Assembly (NCBI RefSeq): GCF_009914755.1
Contig: NC_060925.1
Strand: one strand, 5' to 3'
Source: the human T2T-CHM13v2.0 reference genome, Homo sapiens
Length of the DNA stretch: 64,000 bases
Shown: piece after piece, positions 31,757 through 47,736 of the stretch
How the letters are laid out: each line of letters starts with the position of its first letter
Position numbering within the stretch: position 1 is the first letter of the stretch
The notes under the pieces: generated by a model
What the model saw: the letters and a program-made list of their open reading frames with translations, nothing else
The model's database searches: none
What the model was told of the DNA's origin: nothing
Program-made: the position numbers and the translations under genes

Positions 31757-32137
31757 TGATATGGTTTCGGTCTGTGTCCACACCCAAATCTCACGTCAAA
31801 TTGTAATCCCCAGTGTTGGAAGAGGGGCCTAGTGGGAGGTGATTGGATCATGGGGGCAGATTTCCCCCTTGCCGTTTCTCGTGATGGTGAGTTCTCATGA
31901 GATCTGATTGTTTAAAAGCATGCAGCACCTCCCCCTTCTCTCTTTTCCTTCTACTCTGACCACGGAAGATGTGCCTGCTTCCTCCTTGCCTTCCACCATG
32001 ATTGTAAGTTTCCTGAGGACTTCCCAGCCATGCCTCCTGTAAGGCCTGCAGAACCACGAGCCAATGACACCTCTTTTCTTTATAAATTACCCAGTCTTGG
32101 GTAGTTCTTTATAGCAATGCAAGAACAGACTAATACA
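31757..32137 (+). mobile_element. MSTA solo LTR
   Basis: tgatatggtttcggtctgtgtcc...ccatgattgtaagtttcctgagg...cagactaataca. Confidence 0.9.
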
Positions 32138-32601
32138 ATATTTTTGCTGGGTAGAGAAATCTAGGTTAACAGTTTTTTTCTTTCGTTACATTAAAGATGT
32201 TGCCTACTGTTGATCTTATCCACTGAATTTTACATCGCAGATATTGAGTTCTAGAATTCAAGTTAGGACCTTTATGCACTTCGTGTCTTTATGTTTTGAA
32301 CATCTGGGATACAGTTCAATAGCTAGCTTCATGTCCTTGTCTTCTCATTAGAATATTGGCATCAGTTTTGAGTTGATGTCAATTAATTCATTATTCTCTT
32401 CATTATGGGTTGTGCTTTTGTGCCTCTTTGTATAGCTGGTAATTTTTGTTTAGGTGCTAGACATTTTAAATTTTACCCTGGTGGGTATTGGATCTTTTTT
32501 TTCTTTTTTGTATTCCTGTAAATATTATTGAGCTTTGCTCTGGGATATAGTTAAATTACTTGGAAACAGCTTGATCCTTCTGGGTATTACCTTTAACTTG
32601 T

Positions 32602-33310
32602 TGTACTGTGTTAAACAGTGTCCCCCACAAAATCCTGTCCATGTGAAACTTGAAAATGGGACCTTATTTGGAAATAGGGTGTTTGCAGAGGTAATTAGTT
32701 AAAATGAGATCATACTGGATTAGGGCAAGCCCTAAATCCAGTGACTGGTGTCCGTATAAGAAAGTCATATGGGCCAGGAATAGTGGCTCATGCCTGTAAT
32801 CCCAGAACTTTGGGAGACCAAGACAGGTGGATTGCTTGAGCCCAGGAATTCAAGACCAGCCTGAGCAACATGGTGAAACCCCGTCACTACTAAAAATACA
32901 AAAATTATCTGGGCATGGTGGTGTGCGCCTATTGTCCCAGTTACTCAAGAGGCTTAAGTGGGAAGATCACTTAAGCCCAGATTGAGGCTGCAGTGAGCCA
33001 TGATCACACCACTGCACTCCAGACTGGGTGACAGTGGGGAAAAAAAGGTCATATGAAGACACACAGAGAAGAACGTAATGTGAAGATAGAAGCAGAGATT
33101 AGAGCGATGTACCTACAAGCCAAGATTGCCAGAGATTACCACCAGAAGCTGAGAGACAGGCATGGAACTGATTCTCCTTCACAGACTCCAGAAGGAACTA
33201 ACCCTGCCAACACCTTGATTTCAGACTTCTGGCCTCCTGAACTGCGAGGGAATTAATTTCTCTTGTTTTCAGTCACCTGGTTTGTGGCAGCCCTAGGAAA
33301 CTAAAAGATG
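32602..33310 (+). mobile_element. MLT1C-type LTR interrupted by AluJ
   Basis: ccttatttggaaatagggt...tacaagccaag...caccttgatttcagacttctggcctcc...gccctaggaaactaa. Confidence 0.8.
32772..33046 (+). mobile_element. AluJ
   Basis: gattgcttgagcccaggaattc and gagccatgatcacaccactgcac; TSD-like aaagtcatatg / aaggtcatatg. Confidence 0.88.
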
Positions 33311-33841
33311 TACATAATTTAGTCTAGAACGAATAATTCCCCACATCTGAGACAAGATCTTTTTGAGCACTCTGCCCCGTGCCCCACAAATTCTGAAAGT
33401 TTTCAGTCTAGCCAGTGAACACAGCCATTATTCCTGGTCTTGGACCAGTGCTGGCTGCTGTTCACCCCAGTACTTTCAAATGGTTCTCTCCTGGCATTGT
33501 TATCACACAAAGGACTGACCAGTACTCAGTCAAATACTTGAGGGGCACCCCCTGTACATCTCTGGGGTTCTCTTTTCTTGTGCAGCTCTCTCCTCTCTGG
33601 TGCTCCATCCTTGTAAACTCGAGCTGTCTGAGTCTCCCTGACTCTGCTCCTCTCCTCCATTCCAGGAGCCTGCTGGGCTCCACCTGGGCTCCTGCTTCCT
33701 GCACAGCGATCTGAAAACCGTCCTCAGGCAGTGAGCTGGGGGTCATCAGAGGACTCGTCTCCCTTGTATCACTTTTCCTCAGGGATCACTGTCCTTGGTT
33801 ATCTGATGTCCAGTGTCTTTACAAAAACATCAGTTTATATA

Positions 33842-33928
33842 TTTTTCTTTCTCTTTCTTTATTTTTCTCTTTTTCTTTCTTTCTTTCTTTCCTTCCTTCT
33901 TTCTCTTTCTTTCTTTCTTCCTTTCTTT
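33842..33928. repeat. (TTTC)n tract
   Basis: Direct inspection. Confidence 0.85.
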
Positions 33929-34279
33929 CGGTTGTTCAAGGATAAATTCATTGCATTAGTCCATCTGGGACATGAATAAAAGCATAATATCTTAAAGGCT
34001 TAGAATCCAAAGAAGTCTTCAAATCTTGAGATGATTTAATCATAGAATCTCAAAGTCTTGGGCTTTTTGAACTACAGCAATTTGGAATCTTAGCTTGCTC
34101 AAAGGAGTGAACACTTTCTGATAATGATCATCTCCAATATTCATTAAGTACAAATTGTGCCAGACACTGTGCCCACTGCTTTGAACACATGTCATTTAGT
34201 CCCCATGACAACTCTGGGAAGTAGAAACTTTTAGTTTGCCCGACTTTCCAGAAGAAAAAAACTGAAGTTCGGCATGTCA

Positions 34280-36571
<2,292 letters not shown>

Positions 36572-37775
36572 AGTCGGTTGCTGAAGTCAGATCCCCTTGT
36601 AATCAGTGTGGTCAGAACTTAGCCCAGGCCTCTCAGCCTCTCTGCTGTTTGCTTCCTACAAGGCCCCTCTGCTGAGTGCTCACCCATCTTCTGTGCACAC
36701 CTCCAGTATCGGGGAACTCATTACCCCTCCCCAGCGCTGCCCACCCATCCCAACTTTGGACACACTTCTTTCTCGGGACATCCACCCATTGGCTCCCACA
36801 TCTGCCCTAGGAATCTTCACCCAGGACCTCTATAGAGAGAGGGAGCAGCTACCCAAGGTAAGGCAACGACTACACAGAAGAGGACCGTGGGATGAGGAAA
36901 GCCCCAGATGCAGCCCATCCTGGTGAAAGATAAGGAAGTTTATCCAGAGGGAGGGAAGCCACTGGAGACATGGGGAGCAGGCCCCCGGTAAGACAAATGA
37001 GAACAAAGCCCAGAATGTGGGAAGGCAGCGGGGCCAGGCGGGGCTGGGCGAGCAGGATGCACAGCACAGGCATGTGATTCTCCAGCAGTCAGAGCTAGGG
37101 CCCTAATGAGACTGGAATCCTAAGTGCTGTGCCTTGAATTTCTTGGCTTTTCTCCCTAGAAATTTATTCTGCAAAATGTGCCTTGTGCCATCCATCCTCC
37201 CAGATGGCTTTTTAAGTGAAGCTGTTTGTTAAGTGGGAGAAGAACGGGGACAGGGTGGGAAGGGGAGGAGCAGGTGGAGCCACTGCAGCCCCGCCCCCTG
37301 CCCTCAACCCTGGAAGGAGAGGAAGTAGGAACAGCAAGTGGGAGGAAAGTGGGAGGGTGGGCAGGGGGAGCCCCTGTGGTCCCACAGACTGTGGCCTCCC
37401 AGGACGGAACCCTGTGGCACAACTAAGTCCACATAACCGGAGTCCCAGTGACAGTCTCTTAACAGTGACTGGGCCCCAGTGTGAGCACTGGGTGAGCACT
37501 TTGGAGTCGCCGGCCCCATACATCCTCCCACATCCCCATGCAGCAGGCACCATCTCATCAGTCCCCAGAAGAGAAGCTCAGAGAGGTGCAGCCACTTGCC
37601 CAAGGTCACACAGCTGGTGAGAGGCTGACTGGGGATTGAAGCCCTGGCTCTTAACCAAGATGTCACTGTTGCTCAGGTTGTCAGCTGGAAGAACCTTAGT
37701 GATCAGCCCCACTGAGGCATGCAGGCCCCAGGTCATCAGTTTCTCTCTCTGTACAGTGGGCTGGTTGGTGTAGCT

Positions 37776-37890
37776 CAGTGGTCCCCAAGCCTGACTCTGC
37801 ATCAGAATCTCCTGGGGACTTTTCGGCAATACTGAGGCCTGGGCCCCGCCTCTCAGTATCTAGAATTTTTAAGTCCCACCCCATCCCAGG
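37776..37890. mobile_element. MER5A fragment
   Basis: cagtggtccccaagcctgactctgcatcagaatctcctgggga. Confidence 0.6.
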
Positions 37891-38376
37891 ACAGTCTCTC
37901 AACCCACTTGCACAGGGTCACACTGAAGTTTGGAGGGTCTAGAACCCATACTCTACTCACTGGTGAATTCTCAAGGTGAGTGTTTGCAGAGCTGATTGCA
38001 GTAGAGGGATGGGGAGGTAGAACTGTCCATGCTGCATATCTGCAGCTGTCCGGAGGGAGGACGGTGATGGATTCCATTTCCACCTCTGAATCTCGAGGTC
38101 TCTTTTGCCCCCTCCTTCCTCTGTGCAACCTCCACCCCCACTCCTCCCTCCAAGCCTGGCTTGGAGGGGCCGTGATGGATCACCATGGTGCCTGGCCACC
38201 CCAGCCTGGGGTGCACAGCAGCAATTCAGTGAATAATTATGGAAGGGAAGAAAACAGGGCCCGGGGAGAGGCGTGGTGCCAGGACAGGGGTGGCGCAGTA
38301 GAAATGACAAACAGGCTTCCCTGTGGCACTTTTCCAGGCTGGCATTATGTTTTCCCAACTAGCAAATGCAAGGCAT

Positions 38377-38377
<1 letters not shown>

Positions 38378-38414
<37 letters not shown>

Positions 38415-38417
38415 ACA
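38378..38417. repeat. (CA)n microsatellite
   Basis: Direct inspection. Confidence 0.9.
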
Positions 38418-40499
38418 TCCCTTTGTTGCCTTTTCTTCCCTACTGACAAGGTGGATGTTTCAGCTTCCTTCTCAATCCCTGAGTGAAGGGAAGGGAGACG
38501 CAGGGTTGGCTTGATGATTTGGTGGTGGAGATGAGGCGTCTCACCTTATACCTGGGGGTTTTGTGTTCTCGGCTCCTCCAAGAGGCCACAGGCACTGCCC
38601 CTGAGGTCTGTGAGCGCAGTGTCCTCATCTTAGCCAGGCATCCTCACACCCCTCACAAAGCCTGAGCCCTTGCAGGTCACAGAAAGCCCTGACACTGCCT
38701 TGCTAGGAGGCTCAGTGAACAGAAGAAGTTTCATTTCGTGAACCCACAGGGACTCCAACCCGGACCTCTGAGGAGCAAAGGTCCTATCCATTGAGGCTCC
38801 CAGTCCCCAGGGGGGATGGGCCTCTGCAACTGTCCCCTGCAACTGTCCCCTGGTCCCTCTCACACTGGGGCCTCCCTGGCCAGGATTATGTACCTGAACA
38901 GAGGTCCAAGCACAGGAGCATGTTCTGGAACCCACCCCTGATATCCTGCAAAAAGCCAGGGAGGGCAGCAGACAGGAGAGGGAGTGAGGGCTTCCATCAA
39001 ACCCACTTCTCTGATACTAACCCCGATTCGGCCTCTGTTGGTGAGTGTGGACAGGCAGGTGATTTGGAGAAAACTGAACATATGGGAGTGGATGAGAATC
39101 CAGCATCTCCGTGGACATCTGCTGCCACCGTTGACAATGACAGTGATGATCATCCGTCCCTTGTGTGCCAGGCATGGTGCCAGCCCTGCATTCTTTATCC
39201 CCTGGAATCCTCACAACCATCTCCTGAATAAGGTCCCTCCTCAGAGGAGGAGACCCAGACTCTGATAGAAGCCATCGCCTGCCTGTCCCTAGTCTGGGCC
39301 CCTGGTGGCTCTGGTGTCACCTGAAACCCCCAGCTTTTCCCGCTGACACCACCTCATCTGTAAGATGTAAAATCTGCCCACATTCTGAGGACAGCATGCA
39401 GTGGAGACAGTCCCTTTTAGAGGAAGTCTGCGGAGGCGAGTGTCAGAGACGATGGAGTACCGTGTCCTCCGAGACCAATATTGTCAGAGGCGCCCATTAG
39501 GGAACAAATGAGCTGTGTGCTGGCTCAGGATGCACGGAGGAAATCGCTGCAAGGACAAGAGAGTGAAGGGAGAATCCATCAGCCCGGGACAGGGTGGGGC
39601 TGCCCGCGGTCTCACAGCCTGGCTGGGGACCAGCTTATAGGGGTGATGGGTGAGAAGTGAGGGGTGGGGAACACAGGGCTTTCACAGGAGCTCTTCCTAA
39701 GACACGAGCTGCTGGGATCAGAAGTTTCTCCTGGCTTAAATTTGTCCCATGAAATCCAATTCCAGAAATGTTTTATATAGTGGGTATCTGCGTCTGGGGC
39801 TATGCTAAATCCTCCATATATACCTTTAATTATCTACTCTTCAGGGCAACCTATAGAAGTAGTCATTATTACTCTAATTTTCCAGAATGGGAAATTGAGG
39901 CACAGAGAGGTAAAGATGCCTAAGTTTACACAGTTGCTAGGTCCTGGAGCCAAGATTCACACCCAGGTTGCCTGGCTTCAGAGTCTGGGTCTTTCACCAC
40001 CTTGACAAACCATGCCTGCATGAAGCGCAGTGAAGAGAGAGAAAGCAAGTCACTCTAAGTGAAGGAGAGCTTGAGCAAAAGATGGAAGCAAGAGAATTCT
40101 ACAGCCAACCTGTCTTTTTCAAAGAGCACGTGACATTTCAGGTTTCAGCAAAGATTTCTTGAACACCTACTGTGCGTCAGGCAGTGTTCTGGGCACTGGA
40201 TTGGCTGCAGGGAGGGAGACCAGATGGGAGGCTACTGTGGCAAGTGGGTAGAGGGAGACCTGGAGGAGGAGAGAGCCATGCCTGTGGCACACAGCAGTTG
40301 AGGCAGAGATGGAACCAGCTCCTCTGACTCCCTACTTGGGGCTGCTTCATCCCAGGCTGGTTCTTGTCCTTGTCAAGCAGCTTCCTGGAAGCTCCAGAAT
40401 TTCATTTGATTATCAAGTTGCTGGGAAATAGGAGCCACAGGCCAGGGCTCCGTGTGCTAATGACACCATGAAATATCATCTGGGACCAATCAAATCAGT

Positions 40500-41270
40500 A
40501 AAACAAAAAAAAGCAAATAAAACATTAATACATAATGCTAGTGAATGTGTGGTGAAATAGACATTCTCAGGCAGTGCTGCTGAGGGGAGTGTCAAGCAAA
40601 TCATTCAAGAAAGTGATTAAGTAATAAAGACCATGAGGCTTCAACATATTTATATCCTTTGATGCACTGATTGCACTTTTAAGAATCTGTCTTGAAGAAG
40701 GGATCAGGGATTCAGGCAAAGATAATGCCCCAAGATGTTTATCAAAGTCTGATGATGTATAAGAATGAAATATTGTAGCCCCTAAGCATCTAAGCTAAAA
40801 GATGGTGATACCAAATTTAATGCATCCAAATGTTGGTCTGTTATAAAGTTATTAACATGATGCTTTTGAGAAATTTCTAAGGATTGGAAAAATGTTCCCA
40901 ATATAATAATACATAAGAGAAAAAGGCCAGGGGTGGTGGCTTACACCTGTAATCCCAGCACTTTGGGTGGCCAAAGTGGGCAAATTGCTTGAGCTCAGGA
41001 GTTCAAGACCAGTGAAACACATGGTGAAACCTCATCTATACCAAATACCAAAAAAAAATACAAAAAATTAGCTGGGTGTGCCAGCTACTCGGGTGGCTGA
41101 GATGGAGGGATCACCTGAGCCCAGGAGGTCGAGGCTGCAGTGAGCTGTGATCATGCCACTACACTCCAGAGTGAGACCCTCTCTCAGAAATAAAAAAAAG
41201 GAGAAGAAAAAACTGAATAAAAGCATGATCTCAATTACATAAAATTTGATACATGCATAGTGAAAGATTA
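40500..41270 (+). mobile_element. Old L1ME-like 3' fragment (contains an Alu)
   Basis: tgtggtgaaatagacattctca...atccttt gatgcactgattgcacttttaagaat...aagatgtttatca is L1M ORF2 end/3' UTR-like. Confidence 0.5.
40925..41199 (+). mobile_element. AluJ-like with small deletions
   Basis: ttgcttgagctcaggagttc and ggatcacctgagcccaggaggtcgaggctgcag. Confidence 0.85.
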
Positions 41271-41294
41271 GGGGGTGATGACGATAACAAAAAA

Positions 41295-41545
41295 ATAATA
41301 ATAATGAGGCTACTATTTACTGAGCACTTGCTATGTGCCTGGCACTGCACTAAATGCTTTATGTATATTAGTTCACTTAATATTCACAACAACCCCATGT
41401 AGAGATATTACTATCTCCATTTTACAGATGAGGAAAGAGAGGCACAGAGAGGTTAAGTGACATGTCCCATGCCACAAAGCTAAGAGGCTGAGCCAGGATT
41501 TGAACCCAGGTCCGGCAAACTCCAAAATCTTTGCATTATCACTAT
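41295..41545 (-). mobile_element. MIR, nearly full length
   Basis: tatttactgagcacttgctatgtgcctggcact...cattttacagatgaggaaagagaggcacagagaggttaagtga...ggatttgaacccagg. Confidence 0.9.
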
Positions 41546-41681
41546 AACTCACTCCATTTGCCAAGATGGGGAAACCAAGGCAATGTATGTGATGCTGAAG
41601 GTTGGCAAAGCCAGAGCACCAAGGGTGTTGTGATCCATACTGAGACGTTACACTTCATGGCCCTGAACAGAAAACCCTGGC

Positions 41682-42085
41682 TGATATAGGTTGGATCTGT
41701 CTGTCCTCCCACATTTCATGTTCAATTGTAATCTCCAGTGTTGGAGGTGGGGCCTGGTGGGAGGTGACTGGATGGTGCGTATGGAGTTCTCATGAATGGT
41801 TTAGCACCATCTGCTTCCTGCTGCCCTCAAGACAGTAAGTTCTCGGGAGATCAGGTCATTTAAAAGTGTGTGGCACCTCCTCTTTTGCTCTCTTGCTCCT
41901 GCTCTGGCCATGTGACATGCCTGCTTCCCCTTCACCTTCCATCATGATTGTAAGTTTCCTGAGGCTTCCCCAGAAGCCGAGCAGATGCCGTCATGCTTCC
42001 CGGACAGCCTGTGGAATCTTGAGCCAATTATAAATTACCTGGACTCTGGTATTTCCTTATAGCGATGCAAGAACAGATTAACACA
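41682..42085 (+). mobile_element. MSTA/MSTB solo LTR
   Basis: tgatataggttggatctg...agattaacaca; TSD CTGGC (41677-41681 / 42086-42090). Confidence 0.88.
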
Positions 42086-44269
42086 CTGGCCATGCCCTTG
42101 AGGATCTCAGACCAGGACAATGACCACTCACTGGGATGCCCTGTTAGCAGGGGGAGGGGATGAGCATAGGGGCTGCTTTCCATCCCCCACTTCCTACCCT
42201 GCACTTTGTGCCCCAGCAACACTAACCAGCTTGTCAATTCCTACACTGCTGATACAGTCTCTTCCCTCCACACCTTCGCTCATGCTGTGTCCACTGCCTA
42301 AAATGCCCTCTCCCCTGCCTTGCCTGGCTACCTGGCAAACTCCTCTGCATTCGTCAGCATCCCAGGCAAAACGCCATCTCTCTGGGAAGCCTGCCTTCTT
42401 GCTCCAAGGTGGAGTTAGCATCTTATGCAGTCCTTGGAATGGTCCTTATCACCGGTGTTGCTGTCATCTGTGTGTCTGCTCCTCCACTAGAATGTGAACA
42501 CTGTGGGACAGGCACTGCGTCTTATGCCAGCAAGACCAGGCATGGTCTAGGAGGGGCCAGAGCATGGGCACTAAGGGTGGAAGCTCCAGAGTCCAGCTCC
42601 AGCATCGCCACTTACTAAAGCATGATGTGGCAGGTGACTTTATCCTTCTGTATCTCAGTTTCATCATGTTTCAAGTGGGGGTCACACTGACATCACCTCA
42701 TAGGGCCTGCGAGGGTGAAAGGAGTGAATACCTGCAGTGTTAGGTGGTGCCTGGTGTGTAGACGGCACTAAATAAGCATTTGCTCTTGTCTCTGTCTCTG
42801 ACTCTTCCTGCCTACACGGAGCCTGATGCGGAAACTGTAAATGTTTTCTGAATGACTAAGTGACTGTCTTGGCCTGGCTTTGACAACCATTAAAATTCCC
42901 TATCCCCAAGAGCTCCTTGCTCAGGGTCTCTTCCGTCTTTCCCAACAAGCTGATCTGTACCCTCACCCCTGCCATCCTGCTCTGTGGTCCCAGAGGCCCT
43001 GTGCAGGCAGGCCCTCTGGCTTCAGGGTGGGCTTGGCCACTGGGGCCACTAGCAGGAGATGAGAGAACAGGCGTTCATCTCCCTGCACCTCCCCTGCTGT
43101 GTCTCCGGATTGGCTGCATTCCTCCCCCAAAGGCCACAGCCCTTCTCGGCGGAGCTCCACATGCAGCTCTCTAGCTGGCTCTGACTGCCCCTCCTCAGAC
43201 CTTGGCACTGAAGGACTCCCTGCTGCTGTTAATCCTGGGGTCCTGCACCGTCCCTCGTCATCAGTGCCTTTGAGAGTTACTGCAGCCCTGTGTGAGGGAG
43301 CCCTGGCTCCTGCGGGGCCCTGCCCCTCACTGCACTGCCCACTGACCTTACTTTAACATGGCCTCTGCCAAGAGAGCCGGCCCCTTGTCTCTCCAGCCAC
43401 CCACACCCTCCCTGGTTCAATGTCCTCCTAGAACCTCTGCAGACTCACCTCCTCTGACCCCAGGGCCCTCCGGAGTCCCACGGCTGGAAGCATCTCTCAT
43501 CTAGACCTGCACGGCCTCTCGTGTTTGAGTTGTTAATGTGAGGCAGAGCTGACGTACTTGGGGCCAAAAGCCCTGAGTTCAAATCCCACCTCTGCTCCAC
43601 ACCAGCTGGGTGAGCGTGGCAAGTCATCTTGCCTCTCTGAGCTTTGAGTTTCTCACCAGTGAAGTAGCCATGACCATCAGGACACTATGTGGCCAGTGGA
43701 GGCTGCGAGGCAGTGACAAAGGCAAAGCACTCTGTGCACGGAAGCGGCTCAGTAGACGGCAGGGACCACATTGCTGTGGAAGTGACAATGATTTTTGTAC
43801 GTTCACCTCCTTCCCATGCCGCAAGCTCCTAAGGGCAGGGACCAGGCCTGATTCAACGCCACACCCTCAGTGCCTAGCTCAGGGCGTGCCAGATGGTGGG
43901 GGCTCAAGAAAGATGCTCACCATGCAGCCAATTTATGCCACCAAATGAGTATTAATAAGCACTGTTCTAGATGCTGGGACTGCAGCAATAAGCAACACAG
44001 ACACAACACAAATTACTGACCCTGAGGATCTGGACAGCTCCAGGGACAGAGCCTGGAGTTGAGTTGCCTGCAGAGCCGTGAGAATCCGAGAATGTCAGAG
44101 CAGTGAGGGACTTGGGAGATGCAGCGGGGCTCTTGCTGTGCCACCTCCTAGCCCCTCAGGCCATGCCTGAGCTCACCTGAAGCTGCAGTGGACAGTTCCC
44201 AAGAACCTCCCAGCTTCCCGCTGCAGGTGCCACGCTCTGGATGTCTCCAGCCCCAGAGGAGCTTGCACA

Positions 44270-44573
44270 GCCCATGAACAGGGCCAACTAGAGGTGCAGG
44301 GTATTTCAGGCACACACAGGTAGACCTCAACCATAAGGGGCGGGAGGCAGTCGGGGCATGCAGCATGTGGTTTCTACAAGGGGCCCCAGCAGAAGGGAGT
44401 CAGTTGCCCAAAGAAATATCAGCTCCCCGATGCCGCCTTTCTGACCCTTCTCTCCCTCCAGCTCTTTCTCTCTCTACTCCCTTCTGTATGCTTCCTGAGG
44501 TTACCTCCCAAATACACCACCAGCAACTCAAAACCTTGCTTCAGGGACTGTTTGGGGAGAGCCCGCCTAAGAC
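44270..44573 (+). mobile_element. LTR16-family ERVL LTR
   Basis: cttcctgaggttacctcccaaatacac...ccttgcttcagggactgtttggggagagcccgcctaagaca. Confidence 0.6.
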
Positions 44574-47443
44574 AGAGGCCCTCTAAGTCCAGCTGCATCA
44601 TTGTGCCGCTGAGGCCAGGGACTCATTTGATTCTCACAGCAGGCTGAGCCAGAGCAGCCCCTCCCAAAGGGCAGAGTCCGCAAAGCCAGCCTGGGCTCTG
44701 CCTGCCCTTCCTTCAGCCACAAGCTGAGCATTTCAAAATTCTTTGGTTTTCCATTCAAAAGATGCAGACAACAGATGATGCAGTTAAGTTTACACAAACG
44801 TGTTCAGGTGTGAGTGTTCTGGTCCACCCTGTATCCTTAAACGGAGCCTGTGTTTACTTCCAAATGAGGTGTCTTCTCAGCAGAGCCATATGGGCTGCTG
44901 TGCAGCTCTGTGCACCTTGACGAAGATGGTCACTTCCTCCTCATCCTGCCTTCCTTTGCACGGAGTCTGGGCCATCTCACCCACACTAGGTCTTGGAAGG
45001 ATGTCTCAAGGCTCCATCAGGTCCCACCCCCTGGGTCTAGGAGCAGAGATGCGACTTCCTTTGTCCTAAAGGGCCCATGCAGGGTCAGGGAGGTGTGGTG
45101 GCCTCCTAGGGGACAGAGTGAGGCTGGGGCAGAGGAGTCCATCTCAGGCTCCTCCCACTTCCCATCTCACTGCTCTTCCCGTCCAGCTGCACATTCAGGC
45201 CAGAAAAGTCTCTGAGCCTAAAGAGGGAATGGAGATCCTCTCAGCAAAAGGAGAAGCCTGGCATATTTTAGTGCCCACTCTGTGCTGGCTCCAAGCTTGG
45301 CCCTCAATTTACATCACTGCATTCAACCTACAACAGCCTTGCAGGGGTATCATGTTCCAGTTTCATAGAAGAGGAAACCAAGGGTCAGAGAAGAGCAGTA
45401 GCCTCACTGAGCCTACACAGCAGGCAGGTTAGAGCCTTGGCATCCTCCAGCTTAAGGGACAGGTGTTCTTCCCACCCTGTGTGTGTGGGACGGATAAATG
45501 AGAGGAGAAAATTGGTCTTTCCTCAAATAAATGGAAACATTCTTTTCAACGCTTCCCTGTGCCTGAGGAACATTTTAAACACTGCACAGTCTCAATCATT
45601 CGTCTCACCCCCCAACCTTCCATCCACTCAGCTACAACCATTGCCCAGTGGTTCCCACACTGGGCCTGGGCCACATCTGGGGCCTCTACGTGCAGCTCAG
45701 CCCTTATTCCAACAGCCCCTGAAAGGCACTCCCTTCTCTTCTCAAGAAAAACACCACGGGACCCTTACCTGCCCCTCCCCTGACCTGGCTTCTAGCCAGC
45801 ACCCAGTCCTCTCGACCAACTCACCTAATGTCAGCTTCCTCTGGCCATGTGGGGCCCTGAACTGAACACAGTCAGGCTTTTATTAAGCACCTACTGTGTG
45901 CCCAGCATCTGTCCTCAAGTTCCCTACTCCTGGGGGGAGCATCCTCTCCTTATTCCTGATGTGGCCCCAAGTCTCAGGGTCTGACCAGCCCAGAAAGGTC
46001 AAACAAGGCCTTGCTCTTCCTCAAATGCACCATGCACACTCCGGCCTCAGGGCCTACGCCCTTGCTGTTCCCTCTGTCTGGAAGGCATTTTGCTTTTTGT
46101 AATGGCTCACTCCTTTACTCACTCAGATCCTTGCTCAGAAGTCTCCTCTTTAGAAGAGTCCATGATGATGGGGGGGTCTGACCTGGCCTGGGGGGTCAAG
46201 GAGGGCTTTGGAGGAGGTGGCCATGGGATGCGATCAGAAGGGTGGACAGGACTTAGCAGAGAAGGGTGGACAGGACTTGGGGGATGGTCAAAGGTCTGGG
46301 CAAGGTGATCATTAAATTCCCCCAAATCCTAAAATTCTGTGATTCTGACTTGAAATTGTATGATGTTAAGATTCTATTAAATGCAGTTCTGAGTTCCAGA
46401 ACTACAGACCTGTAGGGCAGGTGAGTTCTTAGGGGCTGGGATTTGCACGTGTGAGCCTTCACTCCTGGAAGAAGGGCTGCCAGCGCTTCCTTTGGCTGAG
46501 AAGGTTTTCCCTCTTCCTGCCCACCTCCCTCAGTGCTTTGTGAATGTGGCTCTTTGTGGCTTAGAGAATGTAAATTTATTCTGCATTTCCGGTATCACAC
46601 TCTCATCTACATGTTCCAGTTTCCGGAATAAATATCAGGAGATGAATCTTTAGAGATTTTCTGTGTGTACAAAGGCTAACCCCCTGCAGCAGGGGCACAT
46701 CCAGACATGGATTTTAGTGCAGGCACTATTCCTGCACTCACTACAAGGCGGGGCAGGTGAATGGGCCTCAGTGAGCCCAGAGGAGGGATGAGGCCCCTGT
46801 TTCCTGCTAGAAGGACTGAGGAGGGGCTTTGTGTGTAGAGCTGAGGGGCTGAGGCAGAGGGAGGGAAGGGAGAGCACCCCTAGAAAGTCTGGGCTGGCCG
46901 TATGAATGGGTGGGGTCATTCTCTGCTGAGCAGCTCGGGGTCTCTGTGTGAACCACTGTGTCTCAGTCAGGGGAGGCTGGCGCTATGGGCACCTACCCGG
47001 GACGGTGGGAGGGAAAAGAGCAGCCTCACCAGGAGTCAGACACTGCTCTGGGAACTAGGTGGGCTCCAAAGTCAAACAGATGGGGATAGATCTTGGCTCC
47101 CCAGCTCACCAGTTCAGCCATAAAACTTTGAAGAAGCCATTTCACCTCCCTGGGACTCAGTTTCTTCAACGTGACCCATGGTCCTATCCACCCATCTGCC
47201 TAGTGGTTCCAAAGGTTGGAGGAAAACACCAGGCATCAGGCATATCATGAGCACCAATCCCAGCAACGGCCCTCATGACACCTACTGAGAGCCGGGCACT
47301 GCTGGAAACACTGCACCTGGGTGTTATCCTCACCCTAGCCCAGTGAGGGGGGTGCTGCCATTATCCCCACCCACAAATGAGGAAACTGAGGCACAGAGAG
47401 GTTAAATAAGTACCCTAATATCACATAGGTTTAAAATGGCGGA

Positions 47444-47736
47444 GGCTGGGCATGGTTGCTCACACTTGTAATTCTAGCACTTTGGGAGGCTGTGGTACAA
47501 GGTTAGCTTGAGGCCAGGAGTTCAAGATCAACCTGGACAATATAGCAAGACCCCACCTTTCCAAAAAATAAAAAATTAGCCAATCATAGTGGTGTGCATT
47601 CGTAGTCCCCATTGCTCAGGAGGCTGAGGTGGGAGGACCACTTGAGCTGGGGAGGTAGAGGCTGCCATGAGCTGTGATCACACCACTGCACTCCAGCCTG
47701 GGCAATAGAGTGAGACTCTGTCCCAAAACAGAAAAA
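47444..47736 (+). mobile_element. AluJ inserted in a MIR
   Basis: Diverged Alu with gcttgaggccaggagttc; TSD-like aaaatgg. Confidence 0.85.

Larger units (their letters stand above)
31626..33830 (-). mobile_element. Old L1M fragments interrupted by MSTA and MLT1C
   Basis: tctttattttgccttcattttt...atatttttgctgggtagagaaatctaggtt..cagtttttttctttc is an antisense L1M signature. Confidence 0.55.

Noticed and set aside
46235-46279. 19 bp direct repeat agaagggtggacaggactt (a similar 17 bp repeat lies near 16167-16201)
   Set aside because: Ordinary small tandem duplications with no further structure
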